A DNA stretch of 64,000 nucleotides from Octopus vulgaris. Lineage: Eukaryota. The notes under the pieces were generated by a model. That model saw only the letters and a program-made list of their open reading frames with translations. It had not been told where the DNA came from and made no database searches. Every line of letters begins with the position of its first letter. Within the stretch, counting starts at the first letter, position 1. The position numbers and the translations under genes were made by a program. The DNA lies in NCBI GenBank assembly GCA_951406725.2, contig OX597835.1, positions 310,001 through 374,000 on the forward strand, read 5' to 3'. Positions 55,216-64,000 of the stretch are shown here, piece after piece.

Positions 55216-55386
55216 TGTAACTATTTTAATACTAAGACGACCAGCAACACTGCCAGCCACAAAAGACATTCCGGCTTGGTGTTGTGCCTGAAGAATTTGG
55301 GCCACTCGCTCATCTGCTGCGATTTGTTGCTCGGTAGGGTTGGAGGAGACCCGCAAGAAATCATCTGGCAGCTCACCTACCATAAC
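55216..55386 (-). CDS. TOLLIP: Tollip coding exon A (Tom1-binding region and start of C2), 171 nt, phase 0/0
   Basis: Translates to VMVGELPDDFLRVSSNPTEQQIAADERVAQILQAQHQAGMSFVAGSVAGRLSIKIVT, matching the Tollip GELPxDFLR...GRLxI pattern; acceptor aag|, donor |gtaagt. Confidence 0.93.
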
Positions 55387-55391
55387 CTTCA

Positions 55392-55429
<38 letters not shown>

Positions 55430-56388
55430 TAACAATAATAACAATCCTTTCTACTAAAGGCACAAAGCCTGAAATTTGTGGGGGGGGGACGACTAGTCAA
55501 TTATATCAACCCCAAAAGGATGAAAAGCAAAGTCGACATCGGCAGAATTTGAACTCAGAATGTAGCAGCAGACAAAATTCCGCTCAGCATTTTGCCCGGC
55601 ATTCTAACAATTCTGCTAGTTTGCTGCCTTAAACAACAACAACAACAACAGCTTTATTGGCCTGAAGGGCCCAAGACATCAAGGAACGGTACATGTATAA
55701 ATAGAAAAACAAGGAGTTGGTGGATTTAAATCAAGTAAAACAAAGGAATCAGCAATAAGAATAAGGAACAATAACAGAAGATAACAAATCCGCCTGGTGT
55801 TGAATCAAAAGAAATAAATAATAAAAACAAACGATCCTGAAAAGTGGAGGTGAGCCTCATTGGGTAACTCAGGGGATCCTACATAAAACCCCCAGATTAC
55901 ACACCAAAGTACTATCTGCTAGAAATAGCAGCCAAATTTACCTTAAATCACACACACTACCATCTTCAAAAAGAGTGCATTAGATAACTTAGTTGGAGAT
56001 GCACTCTGAAACAGATGGTCATATCTGGAATATCTTTGATGAGTTTATTCAATCAGGATTAATGTAGGCACAGAAATATCACCATAGCAAGCAAATCAGA
56101 TTGGAATTGTGATATAACGAGAGTACAACTTCTGCACCTTAATACTACCTTTTAAAGGTAAGGGTCAATAAAGTTTCCATCTGCATACTCCTTAAGAACA
56201 GTACCAAAACTGAGGCACAGCAGTATTAGATTTTAGGGGAAAAATTAGTCCAAAGATGAGGTCAGTTGAAATGAGGCTTAAATACAGTTAGTGTTTAGTA
56301 TCCTTAATGGTCAGTAGTGGAGGTGGAGACCAAAATAGAGAAGGTGCAAATCTAAAGAGGAGGGATTTTAGTAAAAGAATAAATAAGT

Positions 56389-56800
56389 GCAGGCATGGCT
56401 GTGTGGTAAGAAGCTTGCTTCCCAACGACATATGGTTCCAGTTTCAGTCCCAGTACATGGTACCTTGAGCAAATGTCTTCTACTATAGCCTTGAGCCAAC
56501 AAAAGCCTCATAAGTGGATTTGGTAGATGAAACTGAACAAAGCCTGTGATGTATGTATGTGTGTATGTATGTGTGTACACCTTTGTCTGTGTTTGTACCT
56601 CCACTATCGCCTGACTATGAATGTTGGTGTGTTTATGTCCGCGTAACTTAGCAGTTCGGCAAAAGAGACTAATAGAATAAGTAGTAGGCTTACAAAAAAT
56701 AAGCCCTGGGGTCGATTTCTTCAACTGAAAAATCCCCTTAAGGCAGTGCTCCAGCATGGCTGTAGTCAAATGACTGAAACAAGCAAAAGAATAAATAAAA
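56389..56800 (+). mobile_element. Full-length SINE family 1 copy in Tollip intron
   Basis: Same head, body and 3' hairpin tail as 4852-5280. Confidence 0.85.
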
Positions 56801-57186
56801 AGGTGCAGGCATGGCTGTGTGGCAACAAGTTTTACTTCTCAACCCCATGGTTCCAAGCTCAGTGCCACTGCATGGCACCTTGGGCAAGTGACTTCTACTG
56901 TAACCAAAGCCTAGTGAGTGGATTTGGCAGACAGAAACTGAAAGAAGCCTAATAACCGAAACAGATACAAGGTTAAAGATTAAAAAAAAAACATCTATTC
57001 AATTCTTCTGGATCTCTCTGTTAGATTTACTTATTAAAAGGCAGTTTAGATTTCCAATGGGGGAAAGTAAAATCTGCTGCATGCATGTTTCTTTATATGA
57101 ATAGCAACAAGGATTGCTACTTGGTTGCTGTCGATAGTAATATAGAATAATAATAATAATATACAAGAGAAAGGAATGATAAATAA

Positions 57187-57223
<37 letters not shown>

Positions 57224-58607
57224 GAGCAATGAGAGAGAGGGAGGAGTGCATGCATTAGCAGTCAGGTACAATAGAGTTAGTGACCTAATAATGTTGGTTG
57301 AATATGAATGCGGTGGTGTACATGTTAGAGATGAGTGCAGTGGTGTACGTACAGCTGAGGCAGATGATTAATATCAACATGGGAACAATACGAGGCACAT
57401 GTTTACGTCAATGTCTTTCATTAAACAACAATATAACAATGTTGTTTGTCATAATAAGGATTCCTATTCTCATGGCATTTGAGTGGGTGCAGATGGCAGA
57501 GAGAAACAGGTGAGCTGATGTGAAGCTCAGATGAACAAGCAGACCTACAATCAAAGGCATTCCAACCATAGCCATCCAGCCTTCATTTCAGGTAGTCGTA
57601 TATATAGGATTATATTACCAATATGTCCTTCCATTTCTTTTAAAGAGGAATGGTAAAATTTAAAGGAGATTCAGCTGTTATCTCTTGTAGATCAAGACAG
57701 CCATGTAGCTATTTCTTTGGTTCATCAGATTAAATGTTGTCTAGGATGATGATATAGGAAGTTGTGACATTCACACTTTTCCCAAAAGCAGTTAACACAA
57801 TGTCAGCTGTTTGTCTTTGTGAAGACAATAATAACAATAACTTTCAGAATTAGAATGACTGTGTGGTAAGAAGCTAGTTTCCTAACCATCTGGTTCTGGG
57901 TTCAGTCCTACAGTGTAGAACCTTGGACAAGTGTCTTCTACTACAACCCCAGGTCAACAAAAGCCTAGTGAGTGGATTTGGAAGACAAAGACTGAAAGAA
58001 ACCTGGTGTGTATGTGTGTATTTTGTCCCCCCCCCCACTACTTGACAGCTGGTGTTGGTGTGCTTACATCCCTGTAACTTAGCAGTTCAGTAATAAAGAC
58101 TGATAGAATAAGTATCAGGCTTAAGAAATGCAAAGTAAGTACTGAGGTCAATTCATTCAGCTAAAACTTCTTCAAAGCGGGTGCCCTAGCATGGCCACAG
58201 TCTAATGACTGAAACAAGTAAAGGATAAAGGATTGGTAAGTTCCACAAATGTGAGGAGGAAGAGGATAGAGTCAATTCTAAACCCCATTCCTACAGTACT
58301 TTTTTGGACTGGTGCTTTATTTTATCAATAAGACTAAATTGATCTGAGCAGAACTGACTTTGCCATTGTTTTCATTTCAGGGTTTGTCACCAATGCAGGA
58401 TTCAGACGTCATCTAAAAGGGCTACGGCTGAAAGCATCATAAACTGCAGAGGCCTCAAATTAATTAAAAGGCATCATCATAATCATCATCAACAAGATTC
58501 TTTCTCAGAAACTTACATAAGAATATTCTGTAGTAGCTGTTCAGTCAGTAGGGCATGTGGACTGCTCAAGGCAACATTTAAGGGTGGTGAAGAGACAAGC
58601 ATATGTG

Positions 58608-58835
58608 TAATCCCTTAGCATTCAAACCAGCCATAGCTGGCCTAAACAGTCAAAACCAGTTTAATATAAAACTGGCCAGATCTTATCTTTCACACCTATC
58701 CTACAATGTCTTTCTAAAATTAAGCAATCACATCATGAAAATGTCGTAGCTACAAGGTAATGCATGATTAATTCAAAACAATGCAGATAAATAAGCATTG
58801 CATTTGAGAGAGTAATCTGAATGCTAAAGGGTTAA
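58608..58835. mobile_element. piggyBac-type MITE
   Basis: taatcccttagcattc...gaatgctaaagggttaa; opposite orientation to the 52048 copy. Confidence 0.7.
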
Positions 58836-58954
58836 AACATGTTACATATAAGGAAGAGAGTGGCCAAAACCCCTGCCACTGTATTCAGTCACCACAAATT
58901 CACACAATGCTGGGTTGTATCAAATCAAATTACAATGTTGTATATACTTGTCAA

Positions 58955-59250
58955 GTGGAGGCGCAATGGCCCAGTGGTTAGGGCAGCGGACTTGTGGTCG
59001 GAGGAACGTGGTTTCGATTCCCAGACCGGGCGTTGTATGTGTTTATTGAGCGAAAACACCTAAAAAGCTCCATGGCAGGGGGTGATGGCAACCCCTGTTG
59101 TACTCTTTTGTCCCAACTTTCTCTCACTCTCTCTTCCTGTTTCTTGAGTAACGCTGCGATGGACTGGTGTCCCGTCCAGCTGGGGGGAACACATACGCCA
59201 CAGAAACCAGGAAACCGGGGCCCATGAGCCTGGCTAGACTTGAAAAGGGT
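58955..59250 (+). mobile_element. tRNA-derived SINE, family 3
   Basis: tggcccagtggttagggcagcggact...gtttcgattcc tRNA-like head followed by a non-tRNA body. Confidence 0.7.
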
Positions 59251-60039
59251 GATGTTTATAGTTATTTTCATATACTTGTCAAAACATTTGACAGTGAAAA
59301 TATGAACAAAGAAAAATAAAAAAATAATAAGCAAAAATATAAATGAGAGAGAGAGAGCGAGAGAGAGAAATCTGATAACTTCAGTAGAAATATTTACTAA
59401 CTTTATCTAAGACATGACATACCATTTTTTCTCATTAGATAACAAAAGTGACATCCCCAAATGTCAAACATCCTATGACTGCTGTTGTTTATTATTCATG
59501 TCGAGATAATGTTACAATGTATGGCCTCAAGCTCTTTACATTCTAAGTCCAAATCCAACTGAGGTTAGCTCTGCCATTCATCCTTCCCAACTTCATAAAA
59601 TAACTTTACCAGTCAAGTACCGAGGCAGATGGTAACAACTAACCCCCCCACCTCTCCTCAAAATTATTGCTCTTGTACAGAAATCATAAACCACTGATCA
59701 TGTCTTTATTTTAATTGATGTTATTGTTTAGCTCCAGGTCTGGGCTGATTACGAAGCCCTATGATCAAAGATACTCCATACAAGACCATCCTGTCTCATT
59801 TTTTTTTTAGTCATTATATCTAGTACTAAACTCTGCAAAGCATCTGTCTCCCTCTGCTTTGTTTAGTCAATAACTAGAGCATGATAAAAGAAATTTGGTT
59901 GCTATTTCTGGCAAATCATGCAATCACATTGAGGCTCACATGTTGTCTCGTGATAACCTATATAAGGAAATGACGAAATCTATAACAACAGATATGAAAG
60001 GTCAATGTTATTTGTTGAATTATTATTAGAATTATTATT

Positions 60040-60495
60040 CGGGCAATGAGCTGGCAGAACCATTAGCATCCAAGGCAAAATGCTTAGAAGCATTTTGTTC
60101 ATTTTTACGTTTTGAATTCAAATCCCACCAAAGGTCAGCTTTGCCTTTCATCCTTTCGGGGTCGATGAAATAAGTACCAGTTACACACTGGGGTTGATGT
60201 AAAAGACTAGACCCATCCTCAAAATTTCAGGCCTTGTGCCTATTGTAGAAAGGATTATTTTAATAACAATTATTAAGCTGGTGGCAGAATTGTTAGCATG
60301 CCAGGCAAAACACTTAGCGGCATTTTGTCCATTTTTACATTCTAAGTTCAAATTCCGCCAAAGTTAACCTTGCCTTTCATTCCTTTGGAGTTGATAAAAT
60401 AAGTAGCAGTGGGGCACTAGGGTCGATGTGATCAACTTCACTTCTCCCCCGAATTTACTGGCCTTGTGCCAAAAATTTGAAACCATTTTATAATA
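60040..60495 (+). mobile_element. Two tandem copies of SINE family 2 (gagctggcagaa...gagttcaaattcc...agaaaggattatt); others at about 6360-6567, 8530-8705, 29815-30000, 53990-54580, 55395-55630
   Basis: Recurrent sequence with Pol III A/B-box-like motifs and an (ATT)n tail. Confidence 0.8.
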
Positions 60496-61012
60496 ATTCT
60501 GCTTCTTCCTCCTTTCTGCTTGATCAGTTGAAGGGGAAAACAAAGAGCGAAAGAAAAAGGAGAGAAGAAAAGAGGGTAAAGCAAAGAGTGAGAGAGAAAG
60601 AGGGAGACTGCTGTGCATAATGTATATAAAATGTATATATAAAGTGCATTAAGTAATCATTGTATTCCAATTTCCTTCGCTTTCCAATGCTTAGCAGATG
60701 AGCGACTATCTTCCAATACAGACACAACACAGGCGCTAAGCTCTCAGGTTTTTAGCATAAAGTTTTCAGAAATAACCCAATTAGTTTACTATTAATGCCA
60801 TGAAATATTTATGGGTCCCACTAGCTATTCTAATTATTATTATCATGATGACAGATTGGTAGAACTGAGAGAGCAGCAGACAAAAAAGTTGTGCTGTATT
60901 TCGTTCCAATTCTTTGTTTTGATTTCAACTTCACCTTTCCTCTTTTCAAGGCTCAATAAGACGTGGAGGTCAGAGCATTAGATCATATTACCCCTCTGAA
61001 TGCAAGGCTTTG

Positions 61013-61550
61013 TACAGGGTGGGGCAGAGAGGATGGATGTTTTTGAAATGGCTATTACTCAGCCCCAGGGGGAGGGACATATGTCTGACAGGTATCAAAG
61101 AATAACGAGTCTGTCATAGCAGCTCAGCATGAGTTTCAGAGTCACTTCAACATAATGGGTGGGAACAAGATTGTTCTCACCCATAACACGATCTTATGTT
61201 GGGTGAATGCACTTCGTACACAAAGTACACTAATGAATAGGAGACTGGTGGAGGCACCACAAATGGTACGGACCCCAGAAAATGTGGAATACGTCAGACG
61301 AGCTTTAATATGGAGCCTGAATCACTCTGCTCGGAAGCATTCCACTGAACTTAACATTGGTAATCGATCAGTAAGGCGTATTTTGTATGACAAACTGTAT
61401 TTCCACCTGTAGAAATCGGTCATTGGGCAACAGTTGAAACCATGGGACTAGGTAGAGCAGCTTAACTTCACACGTCAGATGGAAGCAATTTTTAAGGCAA
61501 ATGACAACCTCATTTTGTTAACAAGTGATGGAGCTCATTTTCATGTCGTT
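61013..61550 (+). mobile_element. Tc1/mariner (rosa-like) transposon 5' remnant
   Basis: tacagggtgg terminus; RTPENVEYVRRAL...SARKHS...SVRRIL...LTSDGAHFH. Confidence 0.75.
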
Positions 61551-62999
61551 ATTGGGCTCTTGAAAATCCAAGAAAACTGCGTAGGACTACGTAACGACCT
61601 TTTAACCCTAGGAAAACATCTTTTCCAGCTGGTCATTGACAAACAATCTAGCTGTTTTATTCATTACGAGATCAGTGACTGTTTGCCACTTCTATATTTA
61701 TATACTGTGAGTAGGGTCAAGTAAGCTGAGCCTACTCACTGAGGACAGGAAATTACACAGAAACCATTGGTCTCTTGGTACTTCTAGTGGCTAGACGGGA
61801 GTAGTACACTCCTTTACAGTATATTTCAGAGACAGATCATGAATCGATATTAAGTTAGTATGGGCTGTAGTTGGAGGTGGAGTTGAAGCAATCATGCCAC
61901 GTATAAATCACTTGTATTGGTACCATGTAAGAAGCACCATGCTGATGTCAAGTAAAAAAAACACCTGTGTTGGTGCCATGCTGGTGTTGCGTATAAAGCA
62001 CTGGAACTGGTACCAGATATAAAATACCCAGTACACACGGTAAGGACGTTGGTGTTAGGAAGGGCATCCAGTCATAGAAACTATGCCAAAACAGATGACT
62101 GGGGTCAGATGCAGCCCTCCAGCTTGCCTGCTCCTGTCAAACCATCCAACCCATGCCAGCATAGAAAATGGACATTAATTGATGATGATGATGATGATGA
62201 AAGGTGAAGTAAAAGACAACCAGGTCTAATGGGAGGTAACCAAGATAAATCAACAATACCAAAAGGTATTTTCAGTTGACATACCGATACATACATCTAA
62301 AAGTCTTACATATAGTTCCCATCTACCATATTTCACTTAAAAGACTAATCCAACTCTATGGTAAAAACAGCCACAGAATTTCAATCATATTTAGGGTCAC
62401 ACGGTTGCAATGCAAATGTCATACCCCACTTTTAGAAGCACTGACCGAGAACTAAATAAAACCAAGGTACAGAATAATCATGATGGAAACTTCAAATCTT
62501 TGTATATGTCTTTCTCACTTGAACAGAACTACCAATAATAATGGTAGTTTTGGAAACACCAACTCATTGCTCTCCTACAATTGCAACAAGCAATTCTAAA
62601 AATGCCTTTTCATTTGAATGCTTACAAGTAATCCTAATGATAAACAATGGCCCAATGTCTTTGTTATGCTTTGTGTTATTAATTACAAGGTTTTGTTTTA
62701 CTTGTGAATTACTGCTCTTTCTTTTGTTGTGCAGTGAATATAATAGCATTAAACATTCTGTATTGTTTTAATTGCAATAAGTAGAATTAGGAGATCACAA
62801 GATCTCATAATTCTACTTTTTGCATACTTGCTTACTTATTACAAAAGTGGAAAAGTGTATCTAAAGTATGACACTTAACTATTCCCTGTGCCTCAATTTA
62901 CATTGGAATCATCCACTAAAGATGGTAAATTCCTCATAAAATATTAGGTTCACCCAAAAATATAATCTGGATGGGAAACTAATTTTTCTGTCTTTTATC

Positions 63000-63640
63000 A
63001 TGAAATTACTCTGTTTTAAAGTAGCATTACATACACGTTGTGTCACAACAGGGCACAGGGTAGTTAGCAGGATAATACAAGTGACAAAAATTAAGGATCA
63101 TCCTGCAAGCCCATGCAATATGCATCAGCATTTTCAGGACGCCATGGCAACAGTAACTCAATTTGGTGAATGTGATCTGTTCCTGACTTACACAAAATGT
63201 GCAGAAATTGTAAATAACAGCCGAAAGAAACTTGAAAATTGCCCTGATTTAGTTCCAAGAGTGGACAAAATTCATCTCTCAGAACTTCTGACTGATATCA
63301 GAAAAAGCAAGTTCTTGGCATCCCAGTAGCTCATGTACATCTTAGAGAATTTCAAAAACAAGGCTTGCCACACTGTCATATGCTTATAATTCTGAAGAAT
63401 GAGTTCATAATAAGAAACAGTGAAGATACTGACAGGTTAGAATCTGCAGAGAAACCAGATGAGGATGAAGACAGAACTTTGCATGAGACTGTGAAGAAGT
63501 TTATGATACAAGGTGCAGGTGGGACTGAGAACCTCTCCTCTCCCTGCATGGAAAATGGAATATGCTCAAAAAGTTACCCAAATCACTCCAGCAAGAAACA
63601 AAATCCAACATACATGGCCATCCTGAATATCACAATATAT
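63000..63640 (+). mobile_element. Helitron Rep domain remnant
   Basis: FQDAMA...GECDLFLTYT, PDLVPRV, EFQKQGLPHCHMLI (HUH motif), SPCMENGICSKSYP; frameshifted. Confidence 0.85.
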
Positions 63641-64000
63641 ATTCATTTCAAAGTAAGAAACTGTGTGTCTCATTCGCAATGACTGTGGGGAATTATTGGC
63701 TCCTTCAATGTTATTAATCTTGTTGAGAAAAACTTGTGGTTAGATAATGGGATTATGTTGGATTACTTATTTAGATGTTTTGGCCCTTAGGATTTAAGGA
63801 TAAAGTATGATTCCCTTACACACAATTTATATTAACACTAAAGTGGTGAGCTTTGGACAAGACCGACCATTCAAGATGGCAACTCACATTCTCACTCTTC
63901 ACATTATATATATGGAAGGCCAATGTGGTGGAGTTAAGATATCTGGTGTTCGAGAATATGTATATGTGTAATATATGATATTCTATTCCTTTTTCTTTTG

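Noticed and set aside
58955-59030. tRNA gene
   Set aside because: Continues into a SINE body and lacks a clean acceptor stem; treated as a SINE head
61733-61860. Strong minus-strand donor (ctca|gtgagt) as Tollip exon 1
   Set aside because: Nearby upstream ATGs hit stops before the donor; could only be non-coding, and there is no support

Overview
Eukaryotic, repeat-rich DNA, most likely from an octopus; this is inferred from the tRNA-derived SINE families, RTE/CR1-type LINEs and very long (TA)n tracts. One host gene is supported: a minus-strand Toll-interacting protein (Tollip). Six coding exons lie between 55386 and 36202, all with GT-AG boundaries and compatible phases; the ATG-bearing first exon was not found and is probably outside the window. 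A CpG-rich patch in one Tollip intron (about 44.1-46.7 kb) holds a candidate alternative ATG exon that would give a CUE-only isoform. The left half is a nest of mobile elements around (TA)n tracts. It includes an apparently full-length 5.6-kb CR1-group LINE (Myb/SANT plus CCCH ORF1, YY1 motif at the 5' end, apparent 5' UTR intron), a second truncated CR1-group LINE, RTE LINEs, a solo LTR, and Gypsy, Penelope, Tc1/mariner and Helitron remnants. The two CR1-group LINEs and the most abundant SINE share a covarying two-hairpin 3' motif. Most short ORFs in the track are microsatellite or repeat artefacts.
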